A DNA stretch of 55,833 nucleotides from a virus (lineage: Duplodnaviria; Caudoviricetes): positions 1 to 55,833 of the IMG/VR virus record IMGVR_UViG_3300021371_000019; one strand, given 5' to 3'. Every line of letters starts with the position of its first letter. Within the stretch, counting starts at the first letter, position 1. A program made the position numbers and the translations under genes. Positions 7,972 through 18,449 of the stretch are shown here, piece by piece. The notes below the pieces were generated by a model. That model did no database searches and was not told the origin of the DNA. It worked only from the letters and a program-made list of their open reading frames with translations.

Positions 7972-10900
7972 AAATCAAATGGATTCTATGTTACCTAAAA
8001 AAGGTATGAGCTACGGTGAATTAATCGTAGATAACATACTTGGTTTAGATAATGATTATGAATCTTTTGGTGAAAAGCTAGGTAAAGCTGTTGATGAGGA
8101 TGAACTAGGCTTTCTTAAAGATGCTGCTGTAGGTATATATGAGGGAGCTAAAGAGTTTATAACTAATCCTGTAGAAACTACAAAAGAAGTTGTAACTAAT
8201 ATTAAAGATAGTGTACAAAGGCTTGGAACTGAAGATTTAGATACTAGACTTAAAAGTATGTACGGTGTAGACTACACACAAGCTACAGACGAACAAGTAA
8301 ATGCAGCTAGAGAAGCAGTTATTGGTGATGCACTTACTGCTATGGAATTAATTCCTGCAGCTAAAGTAACAGTTAGTGCGGCTAAGGCCGGTAGTGCTGC
8401 TATACCTAGTGGAGTTAAAGCTGATGTAGTGGGTCAGACTAAAGCTTTACTTAGTGGAGACACAGAGTTTTTAAAAGGTACACCAACAGAACGTTCTGGT
8501 ACTGTAGGTGTTGGTGCAGAAGTAGTTGGTCAAGATGATGTAAGTCTTGATGCTATTACTGATTACATGGATTCAGAAGTAGAACCTATTAAATCTAAAA
8601 AACAAACAAACCCTTTAGTTCAAGAAATAGATTATAATAACTATAATACTTCAGGAAGTTTATTTGATTTTCGTAGTTCTGTTTTAGGTTCTTTAGATAA
8701 TCTTGCCATTGGTAAAGATGGTATGTCTGGTTTTCAAATTAAAAAGTTTTTAGAAAAAAGAGCACCAAAAATAAATAAAACAGAATTGTATTGGTCAGGT
8801 CTTTTAGAAAATTTAGACGATAACAAAAAATATTCCAGACTAGAGTTAGAAAATATTGCAGATAGAAATGTACCTAAAGTAGATATACAAGTTCTTGATG
8901 GAAGTCAAGTACGATATCGTAATGAGCAAAGAGTAAATTTAAACGTTAATAATAATGTTATGCAGCCTTTAGATGGCTACAAAGAAATAATTATTGTAAA
9001 TAAAAATACTAAAGGAACTGAATATAGTGCAGGTCATTATGACATTATGTTTCAACCTGATGGTAATGTTTTAGCTCACGTAAGAGGTAGCTTTGTAGAA
9101 AATAATGAGCCAGACTTTCCAATAAAAGAAAAGTTTTTTCTTGTTGAAGAATTGCAAAGTGATGCTGTACAACAACATACGGTAGCAGATAAAGCAATTG
9201 CTAAAAAAATTAAAGAAGAAAAAACATCTAAACCAACTTTAGGTGATATAGGTCTTTACTATCAAACAGAATTTAATAGTATAATTTTTCCTTATCATAT
9301 GGGAGGTCTTGAGTTTACAGATAAATTTGTAAAAGATATAGATAGTTATAATTACAATTTCAGAACTATAGCAGATCAAGACACTGCAGAGCAATCAATA
9401 CAGTTGGGTTTAACTAATATCATAGATGATATGACAAAGTTAAAAAGTCGTTTTTTAGATGGTAATACTAGTAAAGATGCAATTGTATCTCAATTAAGTC
9501 AGAAATACGGTTTAAAAGAAAGATCAATTGCAAGAAAAAGCATACAAGAACTAGATGAAGTTGACAATATCTTTGCAAATGTTTTAGGTGATTATGTTTT
9601 TGGAAAAACTGCTGTAAGAAAATTTAATAAAGAAAATAATAATGAATTTAAAGAAGATTTAATAAACATCTTTAAAGGTATAAATATTACTGCTGGTTTA
9701 GAAAAAGATTTAGTTCCAGCTAAACTATCTGATACAATTAGAATGTCTTTGCTTGCTGTAATTAAAGAATCTAAAAGTGAAGGGGTAAATAAAATATATA
9801 TTCCTACTCCTAAAGTTATGTCTAATGCTCATGCTTTAAGTTTAGAGGCTGCTAAGAATACCTATAGTGATGGAGTCAGAAAAGTTTTAAGAACACTTAA
9901 TAATGAAACAAATGGTAAAATAAAATTTAAAAATAAAAATCCAGAAAACATATCTTATTCCGAAGATAAAAACTCCGTAGGAATAGAAATAGATATTACA
10001 GATTTTAATCTACCAGATAATCCACAGTTTAGATTTGCCAAAGGGGGCGTAGTAAAAGATATGGATAACCAAATGAAAATGGCCTTTATGAATGAAGGTG
10101 GATTAAAAGACGATGGTATGAAACAAGATCCAGTATCAGGTAATGAAATACCTAATGGTTCTATGGCCTCAGAAGTACGAGATGATATTCCTGCTCAACT
10201 ATCTGAAGGTGAGTATGTTGTACCTGCTGATGTTGTTAGATTTTTTGGTATAAAATTCTTTGAAGATCTTCGTTCAAAAGCAAAAAGAGGCTTGCAGTCT
10301 ATGGAAGATAATGGTAGAATAGGTGGTGAGCCAGTACCTATGGAGACTGGTGAGTTATCTGATGAAGAGTTTGCAAAACTGCTGCAACAGGAACTTGGTG
10401 GAACCTTAACGACTCAAAGTGCAGAACCTATAAAAGCTGCTGAAGGTAAATACGTTTCAGGTCAAGCACCATCTTTTAACCCCGATGATTATTTTTTAGG
10501 TTTTTCTGGAACTCCTAAATACACTCCACCTGCAGCAGTGGGTACAGAGCCTGTTGTAGAAACTGAAGCTTCTTGTGCGGCAAAAGGTATGGTCTTAGGT
10601 CCAGCCGGAGTGTGTATAGTTGCACCACAAGCTAAAAATAATAATGACAATGATGGACCTATAGTACCTGCTCCTGCAGCAGGTGAAGGTCAAGGCTTAG
10701 GTGGGGCTTGGTATGGGGAAGATGAACAAAAAATGTTAAACGACCCTGAAGCTTACATTAAAGAACAACTAGCTAGAGGTCAAATGCTTGATAGCGGTTT
10801 AGCTAAAGCTGGTACAATGTTATTACCGGGTGGCTTGGGTTTAGTACTAGGAGGAGTAAACCTTTATAATGATACAAAAGGTATTGCTAATGCTAGAACT

Positions 10901-11437
10901 GCACTTATGGTTGCTAAAGCCAGAGGAACTTTAAGTGCTGAAAAAATAGAAAGCCTTGAAAATGCAATTAGTAAAGATGTCCAAGGTAACTTTATTGTAG
11001 ATAAAGATGGTCAAGGTATAGGTGTAGGTACTGGCATAAATCAGTATAAAGATTATCTTAAGGAATTAGGTTTTACAAATACAGATGAAATAGCTTCAGG
11101 TAAAAACAAAGAGTTTTTAGAAGCAACTAATTCTCGTGCATCTGGCTTTGCTACTAAGACAATGCAAAACTCAGAAAAACGTAAAGCTATGCTAAATCAA
11201 ATAAATAAAAGATCTAAAGAAAAACAAGCGGAAATAGCTGCTAGACCAAGCAGTGGTAGTGACAATGATGATCGTCAAAGCGCAGCTGATGCAATGAGAG
11301 ATAGACAAGATAGAATGGCTAGAGCTGAAGGTCAATCTGGAGGTTTTCAAGGTAGTGCAACTGGTAGTGCTGTCTATGCAGGAGGAAACAGAGCCGAAGG
11401 TGGCTTAATGCTCAAAAAGAAACGTAATAAAAAATAA
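7961..11437 (+). CDS. Large multidomain putative internal virion protein
   Basis: 1158 aa; GHY...AHVR...VEELQSD domain in the N-terminal part; DDIPAQLSEGEYVVPADVV motif after 10061. Confidence 0.75.
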   Translation: MALKNQMDSMLPKKGMSYGELIVDNILGLDNDYESFGEKLGKAVDEDELGFLKDAAVGIYEGAKEFITNPVETTKEVVTNIKDSVQRLGTEDLDTRLKSMYGVDYTQATDEQVNAAREAVIGDALTAMELIPAAKVTVSAAKAGSAAIPSGVKADVVGQTKALLSGDTEFLKGTPTERSGTVGVGAEVVGQDDVSLDAITDYMDSEVEPIKSKKQTNPLVQEIDYNNYNTSGSLFDFRSSVLGSLDNLAIGKDGMSGFQIKKFLEKRAPKINKTELYWSGLLENLDDNKKYSRLELENIADRNVPKVDIQVLDGSQVRYRNEQRVNLNVNNNVMQPLDGYKEIIIVNKNTKGTEYSAGHYDIMFQPDGNVLAHVRGSFVENNEPDFPIKEKFFLVEELQSDAVQQHTVADKAIAKKIKEEKTSKPTLGDIGLYYQTEFNSIIFPYHMGGLEFTDKFVKDIDSYNYNFRTIADQDTAEQSIQLGLTNIIDDMTKLKSRFLDGNTSKDAIVSQLSQKYGLKERSIARKSIQELDEVDNIFANVLGDYVFGKTAVRKFNKENNNEFKEDLINIFKGINITAGLEKDLVPAKLSDTIRMSLLAVIKESKSEGVNKIYIPTPKVMSNAHALSLEAAKNTYSDGVRKVLRTLNNETNGKIKFKNKNPENISYSEDKNSVGIEIDITDFNLPDNPQFRFAKGGVVKDMDNQMKMAFMNEGGLKDDGMKQDPVSGNEIPNGSMASEVRDDIPAQLSEGEYVVPADVVRFFGIKFFEDLRSKAKRGLQSMEDNGRIGGEPVPMETGELSDEEFAKLLQQELGGTLTTQSAEPIKAAEGKYVSGQAPSFNPDDYFLGFSGTPKYTPPAAVGTEPVVETEASCAAKGMVLGPAGVCIVAPQAKNNNDNDGPIVPAPAAGEGQGLGGAWYGEDEQKMLNDPEAYIKEQLARGQMLDSGLAKAGTMLLPGGLGLVLGGVNLYNDTKGIANARTALMVAKARGTLSAEKIESLENAISKDVQGNFIVDKDGQGIGVGTGINQYKDYLKELGFTNTDEIASGKNKEFLEATNSRASGFATKTMQNSEKRKAMLNQINKRSKEKQAEIAARPSSGSDNDDRQSAADAMRDRQDRMARAEGQSGGFQGSATGSAVYAGGNRAEGGLMLKKKRNKK

Positions 11438-11443
11438 GGCTAC

Positions 11444-11457
11444 TCGGCTACGGCTGA
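11444..11457 (+). promoter_or_regulatory. cUACGg tetraloop hairpin just upstream of the scaffold RBS
   Basis: TCGGC-TACG-GCTGA with one G-U pair. Confidence 0.55.
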
Positions 11458-11478
11458 CCCCAACATAAGGAGAATAAT

Positions 11479-12381
11479 ATGCCTGAACTAGCAGAAGTGG
11501 AAACCCCAAAGACTGCAGGATTCGTTGATCGTGGATATAATAGCGCAAAGCGTAAACAACGAATGGAAGAAGAAGCTAAGGAGATTGAAAGACTTGAAGC
11601 TGAAGCAAGGGGAGAAACCCCAGTAGATGAAGCAGAAGAACCTCAAGAAACTACCCAAGAAGCAGAGGCCAATACAGAAGTTAAAGAAGAAACGTTATCT
11701 GCAGAAGAAAAGTCTTTTAAAAAACGCTACGGTGACTTAAGACGTCATATGCAGCAAAAGGAAAAGGAGTGGGATGAAAAGCTGGAAAGCTTACAGAAAG
11801 CTTCTACTAAAGCTGGCATTATTCCACCTAAGTCCGACGAAGACATTGAAGAGTGGGCTAAACAGTATCCTGATGTAGCTGGTATAGTAGAAACTATTGC
11901 AGCTAAAAAAGCACAGGAGATGTTTGAAAAAGCAGACACTCGACTAAAACAACTTGACGAAGCCCAAGCAGAGGCTGATCGAGTTAAATCAGAAAATGAA
12001 ATTCGTAAGTCACATTCAGACTTTGATGACCTACGTCAATCAGATGAGTTTCATGACTGGGCTGATGAGCAGCCTAAGTGGGTTAAGGATGCATTGTATG
12101 AAAATGCAGATGATCCAGCTTCAGTAGTACGTGTTATTGATTTATATAAGTCAGATAAGGGTCTTACTAAAGAAGCTAAAAAAGCAAATAAAAAAGCAGC
12201 AGCTTCTACAGTTACTAAGCGTAGTAGGACTGAAGTAGATGTAGCTGATGCTAATGGGATGATTCGTGAGTCAGAGGTAGCTAGTATGTCTGACAAAGAA
12301 TTTGAAGAACGTGCAGATGAAATTAACAAAGCAATGCGCAATGGTAAATTTGTCTATGACGTGTCTGGTAATGCCAGATAA
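11479..12381 (+). CDS. Capsid scaffolding protein
   Basis: Acidic coiled-coil, FKKRYGDLRRH; directly before MCP; TAAGGAG RBS. Confidence 0.8.
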   Translation: MPELAEVETPKTAGFVDRGYNSAKRKQRMEEEAKEIERLEAEARGETPVDEAEEPQETTQEAEANTEVKEETLSAEEKSFKKRYGDLRRHMQQKEKEWDEKLESLQKASTKAGIIPPKSDEDIEEWAKQYPDVAGIVETIAAKKAQEMFEKADTRLKQLDEAQAEADRVKSENEIRKSHSDFDDLRQSDEFHDWADEQPKWVKDALYENADDPASVVRVIDLYKSDKGLTKEAKKANKKAAASTVTKRSRTEVDVADANGMIRESEVASMSDKEFEERADEINKAMRNGKFVYDVSGNAR

Positions 12382-12385
12382 ACTG

Positions 12386-12415
12386 TTGACAAATAAAAAA
12401 GCAACAGTATAACTA
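12386..12415 (+). promoter_or_regulatory. Promoter TTGACA-N16-TATAAC(TA) for the capsid operon
   Basis: Near-consensus hexamers in the intergenic gap. Confidence 0.8.
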
Positions 12416-12419
12416 GGGA

Positions 12420-12620
12420 CATAGAACAAAAGCCTCTATATGACTACCTTTTGTTCTAGCCCAATTTCCAATAAAGTCTAAACGTATGAGAACTACCTGT
12501 TCAAGTATAGGCCCGTATATCTAACGGTTGGCCGACTGTTAGCTTCACGCACCCTAGAAAATGTAACAGCCTCTTATTGGTATTAGCTTTTAGATAAGCC
12601 AACTATCAGGAGGATTTATT
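12420..12620 (+). ncRNA. Candidate structured 5' leader of capsid mRNA
   Basis: Stems 12422-12432/12448-12458 and 12521-12542 (two G-U pairs); 200 nt non-coding in a dense genome. Confidence 0.45.
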
Positions 12621-13694
12621 ATGGCTTTTACATCAGCAGGAGGACACGGTAACTTACCTAATGGTAACTTTAGTTCCGTAATCTACTCCAAAAAAGTGCA
12701 GCTTGCTTTCCGCAAGAGCACAGTATGTGGTGACATCACCAACTCTGATTATTTTGGGGAGATTTCTGCCCAAGGTGATACAGTTAAAATCATTAAAGAA
12801 CCTGAGATTTCCGTGAGCAGCTATGCTCGTGGTACACAAATCTCAGCACAAGATCTTGACGATGAAGATTTTTCATTGGTTGTAGATAAAGCTAACTACT
12901 TTGCCTTTAAAATCGATGATATCGAAGAAGCTCACTCCCATGTGAACTTTATGGATCTTGCAACCAATCGTGCAGCTTATCGTTTGGCTGACCAGCATGA
13001 CCAAGAAGTTCTTGGCTACTTGTCAGGTTTCAAACAGTCTGCTCTACATGCAGATGCAGATACAGTTAACGACCAAGTAAATGGTACTAAAGCTGTAACT
13101 ACTGCAGGTTCAGACGAACTGCTGACATCAATGAAGTTGCGTAAAGATAGCTTCGGCAACATTACAACTGGTTCTGCTGCAGATCATTCGATCCCAGTAG
13201 CTGCTCGTTTGCCCGGTGCTACTGCACTACCAACAGCAACAGCTTCACCAGCAATGGTTGTAGCTCGTATGGCTCGTTTGCTTGACCAACAACAAGTTGA
13301 TAAGCAAGGACGCTGGCTGGTTGTAGATCCAGTATTCATGGAAATCATGGCCGACGAAGATTCACGTCTTCTGAATGCAGATTACGGTGAGTCTGGTGCA
13401 CTTCGTAATGGTTTGGTTCTTAACAACCTGCACGGATTCCGTGTGTACTCTTCATCTAACCTACCATCTGTAGGTACAGGTTCAGGTACATCAGGTTCTG
13501 CAAACCAAAACACTAACTATGGTGTTATCGTAGCTGGTCATGACTCTGCAGTTGCTACTGCCGAGCAGATCAACAAAACCGAAACATATCGTGACCCTGA
13601 CAGCTTCGCTGACATCGTTCGTGGTATGCATCTATATGGCCGTAAGATTCTTCGCCCTGAAGCAATCGTAACTGCCAAATATAACGCAGCGTAA
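12621..13694 (+). CDS. Major capsid protein
   Basis: 357 aa; GEI...GDTVKI, R.LVVDP, GF.VY.S.NLP and G.HLYG.K.LRPE motifs; AGGAGG RBS; biased codon usage. Confidence 0.93.
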   Translation: MAFTSAGGHGNLPNGNFSSVIYSKKVQLAFRKSTVCGDITNSDYFGEISAQGDTVKIIKEPEISVSSYARGTQISAQDLDDEDFSLVVDKANYFAFKIDDIEEAHSHVNFMDLATNRAAYRLADQHDQEVLGYLSGFKQSALHADADTVNDQVNGTKAVTTAGSDELLTSMKLRKDSFGNITTGSAADHSIPVAARLPGATALPTATASPAMVVARMARLLDQQQVDKQGRWLVVDPVFMEIMADEDSRLLNADYGESGALRNGLVLNNLHGFRVYSSSNLPSVGTGSGTSGSANQNTNYGVIVAGHDSAVATAEQINKTETYRDPDSFADIVRGMHLYGRKILRPEAIVTAKYNAA

Positions 13695-13707
13695 GGGGGG
13701 CATAGAA

Positions 13708-14121
13708 ATGGCTTTACAATCTCCAGTTCGTATCGAGACAGCCGTGATTGCTCACGGTGACTTGACAACTAGCTCAACTCACGACATTGGTACAGTTCCA
13801 GACAATTGTGTGGTTCTTGCTGCTGGCGCTGAGTGTACTGCAGCAGCTACCATTGGTGGTGCTAACGCAGTAAGCTTTGGTGTCACAGGTGGTGACGTTG
13901 ATTTACTCGGCACTGCCGACATCAATGGCGCTAAGACATTGGCTGCTACCACTACTTCGGTAAACGGTATCACTAATGTTACTGCTGCTGACACAGTTAT
14001 CACTGCAAAGCTTGCGGGATCTAACGCACCTTCAGCGGGTTCGTTTAAGTTCTTCGTAGTGTATGCCCCAATGGGTGCTACCAAAGCAGCTGCAGAAGTA
14101 GATCGTGATCTGCTTGCATAA
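13708..14121 (+). CDS. Probable capsid decoration/minor head protein
   Basis: Ala/Thr/Gly-rich beta protein right after MCP with similar codon bias. Confidence 0.6.
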   Translation: MALQSPVRIETAVIAHGDLTTSSTHDIGTVPDNCVVLAAGAECTAAATIGGANAVSFGVTGGDVDLLGTADINGAKTLAATTTSVNGITNVTAADTVITAKLAGSNAPSAGSFKFFVVYAPMGATKAAAEVDRDLLA

Positions 14122-14133
14122 CTAAAATACTTT

Positions 14134-14165
14134 GAGGGGCTGGGAAACTGGCCCCTTAAGGCTTA
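14134..14165 (+). terminator. GC-rich GAAA-tetraloop hairpin, probable leaky terminator
   Basis: AGGGGCTGG-GAAA-CTGGCCCCT followed by a weak T tract. Confidence 0.6.
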
Positions 14166-14180
14166 TTTAAAGGTACTTTT

Positions 14181-14903
14181 ATGGCTACGTATGTTGCACT
14201 TGTAAATGAATTGCTACGAAGAATAAACGAAACTACACTTGATACAGCAGGTGATGGTTTTGCTGATGCTCGTAACCTACAAGCTATTGCTAAGGATGCA
14301 ATCAATTCTAGTACTCGTGAAATTTTACAAACGTCACAAGAGTGGCCTTTTTTAATTACAACATACACAGAAACATTATCTGCAGGTACAGGCAAGTATG
14401 CTTGGCAAGCAGATGTATCAAAAGTTGATTGGGATTCTTTTTATTTAAAGCAACTATCTTCTAAAGATAATCAACCTAAAAAACTTACAGTCCTTACATA
14501 TGTAGATTACTTACGTCAACAAAGACCTAGTGAAGATACTGCAGGTACAAGTGGGTATACTACACCCCAATACATTTATAAAACAGAAGAACGTAAGTTT
14601 GGCGTAACGCCTTTACCAGATGCTGCATATGAAATTGAGTATCGTTACTGGTCTTTTCCTAGTGACCTAGTAAATTTTAATGACACATCAATTATACCAG
14701 ATAGATTTAAACACGTACTCATTGATGGTGCAATGATGTACATGATGCGTTTCCGTAGTAATGAACAAAGCGCAGCTATACACCAACAGAATTTTCAAAA
14801 TGGTATAGATACCATGCGTAGATTATTGTTAGACAGTCCTGCTTATATTACATCTACAGTAATAGCACATAGACATTTTAATGTGAATACAGGCGCACAG
14901 TAA
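14181..14903 (+). CDS. Head-tail adaptor / tail tubular protein A-like
   Basis: LVN.LL.R.NE N-terminus, WPF and P.PD..Y motifs; position. Confidence 0.7.
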   Translation: MATYVALVNELLRRINETTLDTAGDGFADARNLQAIAKDAINSSTREILQTSQEWPFLITTYTETLSAGTGKYAWQADVSKVDWDSFYLKQLSSKDNQPKKLTVLTYVDYLRQQRPSEDTAGTSGYTTPQYIYKTEERKFGVTPLPDAAYEIEYRYWSFPSDLVNFNDTSIIPDRFKHVLIDGAMMYMMRFRSNEQSAAIHQQNFQNGIDTMRRLLLDSPAYITSTVIAHRHFNVNTGAQ

Positions 14904-16690
14904 TGGCAGACAATCTAAGCACATTCCCTGTACCATGCAGTGGGGGTCTTATAACTAATGTAGACCCACTTACTCATGGTGGGCAGTTTGCAGGTTCAGC
15001 ATACAGAATGATTAACTATGAGCCATCTCTTAACGGTGGCTATCGTCGTATCTCAGGATACTCAAATGCATATGGTGAACTTACAGGTTTAGCTAACAGT
15101 CCTGTTTTAGGATTACATGTTTCACCTGACATTAATCAAGGTATCTTTGGATGTCGTAAACCTGCATCAGGTAATAACTACCTACACTGGTACAATCACT
15201 ACTACGATGTTACATTAGCTTCAGGTGAAGGTGCAGGGTTTAGTGTAGGAGAAACAGTTACAGGTGTAGTTAGCTCAAGTGATAACACAGCTGTAGCTGC
15301 TACTGGAACAGTCGTTTCTAAAACTGCAAACGCTCTAGTAATTAACTTTGGTAAGTTACCGGATAATATATTCGCTACAGGTAATGTCCTAACAGGTGGC
15401 ACATCAGGTGCTACAGGTACAGTACAATCTACCCCTGCAGTAAAAGGGTGGCAAGCTGTAACTACTTCAGGTTCTCCTACTATGACAGATGTAAGTCAAG
15501 TTAGGTTTGAAAGTTTTAACTGGGGTGCACCTAAGTTTGCTTTAGTAGATGGTATAAATCCTGCAGCTACATATGATGGAACTACGTATACACAGATTAC
15601 ACATGCACAAGCACCTACTGATCCTACACTTGTAGCAGCATTTCAAAACCATTTATTTTTATCAGGGGATGCTTCTGAGCCATATAATTTATACTTTAGT
15701 GCACCTATAGCTGAAACTAATTTTAATACTGGTGATGGTGCTGGTGTAATTAATGTAGGTTTTAAGATAGTACAGATTAAAGCCTTTCGTGATCAACTAT
15801 TTATATTTGGTACAAATAATATTAAACGTCTTGTTGGTGACAACCAAGCTAGCTTTGTGTTGCAGAATATTACAAACAACTTGGGATGCATTGCACCTGA
15901 CAGTGTTGCAGAGTTTAACGGTGAGATTGTATTTTTAGCACCTGATGGTTTACGTCCTGTATCTGGTACAGATCGTATTGGTGACATTGAACTTGCTACA
16001 TTATCTAAGCCAATTCAGTCTATCTTTGAAGATTATATTGACCAAGAAGATTTGGCATCTATTCGTACTATCATAGTTAAAAAGAAATCTCAGTTTAGAT
16101 TATTCTTTGCAGATCAAAACTCTCTTGGACTCATTGGTGGTATTCGTCGTAGTGGTGTTAGTACACAAGCAGGTTTTGAATTTGGGCAAATTGTAGGTAT
16201 TGAAGTAAACTGTGGTGACAGTGGTTACATTGGAGATGAAGAGTTTGTAATTCATGGTGACTCCAATGGCTTTGTTTATCGCCAAGAAGATGGCAATAAC
16301 TTTAATGGCAGTAATATTTTTAGTTTATTTCAAACTCCATATGTCTATATGAACGATCCTGAAGTACGTAAAAATATTTATAGTATAAACACTTATCTAA
16401 GGGCTGAAGGTATTCTTAACGTTATTATGGGTGTAGAGTACGATTATGGTGATACTGATATTTTAAACCCTACGGATTTTGATTTTACTACAGCGGGTGC
16501 TGCGGCTTATTATGATCGTGCTACTTATGATGCAGCAGAAATTTATGATGGTAATCCATCACCAATACGCTCAACAAATGTTTCAGGATCAGGTAAGTCC
16601 GTTTCAATTAGATATGTTACCAACACAGATCAACCTAGCCATACTATTCAAGCTTATAGCATTACGTATGGCGTAGGAGACAGGAGATAA
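14903..16690 (+). CDS. Tail nozzle / tail tubular protein B-like (beta-propeller)
   Basis: GGL.T...P start, N.EP...GGYRRI.G and GCIA..S motifs; position. Confidence 0.7.
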   Translation: MADNLSTFPVPCSGGLITNVDPLTHGGQFAGSAYRMINYEPSLNGGYRRISGYSNAYGELTGLANSPVLGLHVSPDINQGIFGCRKPASGNNYLHWYNHYYDVTLASGEGAGFSVGETVTGVVSSSDNTAVAATGTVVSKTANALVINFGKLPDNIFATGNVLTGGTSGATGTVQSTPAVKGWQAVTTSGSPTMTDVSQVRFESFNWGAPKFALVDGINPAATYDGTTYTQITHAQAPTDPTLVAAFQNHLFLSGDASEPYNLYFSAPIAETNFNTGDGAGVINVGFKIVQIKAFRDQLFIFGTNNIKRLVGDNQASFVLQNITNNLGCIAPDSVAEFNGEIVFLAPDGLRPVSGTDRIGDIELATLSKPIQSIFEDYIDQEDLASIRTIIVKKKSQFRLFFADQNSLGLIGGIRRSGVSTQAGFEFGQIVGIEVNCGDSGYIGDEEFVIHGDSNGFVYRQEDGNNFNGSNIFSLFQTPYVYMNDPEVRKNIYSINTYLRAEGILNVIMGVEYDYGDTDILNPTDFDFTTAGAAAYYDRATYDAAEIYDGNPSPIRSTNVSGSGKSVSIRYVTNTDQPSHTIQAYSITYGVGDRR

Positions 16691-16693
16691 AAT

Positions 16694-18439
16694 ATGGCAG
16701 GATCAGGATACTCACGACAGTCGGTAGCTAGTATTGTACCTACAGCCGTTGTACGTGCTGCCCCAATCAATGCAGAGTATGATAAACTACGAGATGCGTT
16801 TACTCAAAGCGACACAGGTACAACAGGTCATAGGCATGATGGTTCCTCTGATGAAGGTTCCTATGTCCCGTTTATTGCTGACTTAGATAAAAAGAATTAC
16901 TTTACCGTAGATCAGACCAATAATCTTTTTGGTTTATTTGTTGAGGTAGGTGGTTCTGCAGTAGAACAATTACGTTTTCAAGACGGTGTTATAGTTCCCG
17001 TTACAGATAATGACATTGACCTTGGTACATCTAGCTTAGAGTTTAAAGACTTATACTTAGATGGTACAGCTACTGTTGACACTCTTCAAGTTGATGAGAA
17101 TGGTACAGTCACAGGAAACTTTACGGTTAATGGTAATACAGTACTTGGTAATGCTACAAGTGATACTGTAACATATACAGCTAGAGCAGCCTCTGATTTT
17201 ATACCTAGTGCAGATGGTACGTATGATCTTGGTTCTTCAACTAACGAATGGCAAAACTTGCATATTGATGGCACAGCTACCATTGATACATTACAAGTAG
17301 ATGAAAATGGTGCAGTCACAGGTAACTTATCTGTAGGCGGCAACATGAGCACTACAGGTACAAATGCAATAGGTGGTACTTTAGCTGTAACAGGTGCAAC
17401 TACACTGAATAGTACACTAGGTGTTACGGGTGCAGCTACTCTTAGTTCTACTTTAGCAGTTACTGGTACATCTGTTTTTACAGGTACTGTGACTGCTAAT
17501 GGTGGTGTAATAGGAAACCTTACAGGTAACGTAACTTCTTCTGGTACATCTACTTTTGCTGACATTGATATGTCTGGCACTATTGATATGGGCAGTAATA
17601 AGATTACATCTGTAACTGATCCAACATCTGCACAAGATGCTGCAACAAAAGCGTATGTAGATTCTGAAGTTGCAGGTCTTATAGACTCAGCACCGGGAGC
17701 ACTAGACACTCTTAATGAATTAGCTGCAGCTATTGGTGATGATGCTAACTTTAGCACTACTATAACTAACAGTATTGCAACTAAGTTACCACTAGCAGGT
17801 GGCACTATGACAGGTGCTATAGCTATGGGCAACAGTAAGATTACTGGTCTTGCTACACCTACTGCCTCTACAGATGCAGCGACAAAAGGCTACATTGATA
17901 GTACCTTTAGTGCAACTGCCGCTGCTGAAGCTAGTGCTACGGCTGCTGCCGCCTCTGCTACTTCTGCCGCTAGTTCATATGATCAGTTTGATGATCGTTA
18001 CTTAGGCTCTAAATCTAGTGACCCTACAGTAGACAATGATGGTAATGCACTGCTAACAGGTGCTTTATACTATAACACTACAGCAGAACAGATAAAAGTA
18101 TATACAGGCAGTGTCTGGAAGAATGCAGGTTCTACAGTAAATGGAACTTCTTCACGTACTGTAGCTACTGCTACATCTAATCAAACCTCATTTAGTGTTA
18201 CCTATGATGTAGGTTTTGTTGATGTATATTTAAATGGTGTTAAACTTTTAGCTGGTACGGACTTTACAGCTACTAACGGAACTGCTATAATATTATCGTC
18301 AGGTGCTACTGCAGGAGACATTGTAGATATCGTTGCGTATGGTGCTTTTGAACTTGCCAATCATTATACACAAACACAGAGTGATGCACGTTATGCGTCA
18401 ATAGATGACCCAATTGCTATGGCTATTGCATTAGGATAA
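16694..18439 (+). CDS. Tail fibre protein (proximal)
   Basis: GY.RQS and GH.HDG N-terminus; DLG.S...F/W repeats, DAATK.YVD repeats, AP.ALDTL.ELA.A, DVYLNGVKL domain. Confidence 0.85.
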   Translation: MAGSGYSRQSVASIVPTAVVRAAPINAEYDKLRDAFTQSDTGTTGHRHDGSSDEGSYVPFIADLDKKNYFTVDQTNNLFGLFVEVGGSAVEQLRFQDGVIVPVTDNDIDLGTSSLEFKDLYLDGTATVDTLQVDENGTVTGNFTVNGNTVLGNATSDTVTYTARAASDFIPSADGTYDLGSSTNEWQNLHIDGTATIDTLQVDENGAVTGNLSVGGNMSTTGTNAIGGTLAVTGATTLNSTLGVTGAATLSSTLAVTGTSVFTGTVTANGGVIGNLTGNVTSSGTSTFADIDMSGTIDMGSNKITSVTDPTSAQDAATKAYVDSEVAGLIDSAPGALDTLNELAAAIGDDANFSTTITNSIATKLPLAGGTMTGAIAMGNSKITGLATPTASTDAATKGYIDSTFSATAAAEASATAAAASATSAASSYDQFDDRYLGSKSSDPTVDNDGNALLTGALYYNTTAEQIKVYTGSVWKNAGSTVNGTSSRTVATATSNQTSFSVTYDVGFVDVYLNGVKLLAGTDFTATNGTAIILSSGATAGDIVDIVAYGAFELANHYTQTQSDARYASIDDPIAMAIALG

Positions 18440-18449
18440 GGAAACAAAC

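Noticed and set aside
17086-17832. Long antisense ORFs (also 1881-2384, 22647-23216, 18812-19153, 13779-14084)
   Set aside because: Shadows of biased or repetitive sense-strand genes; no RBS or recognisable motifs
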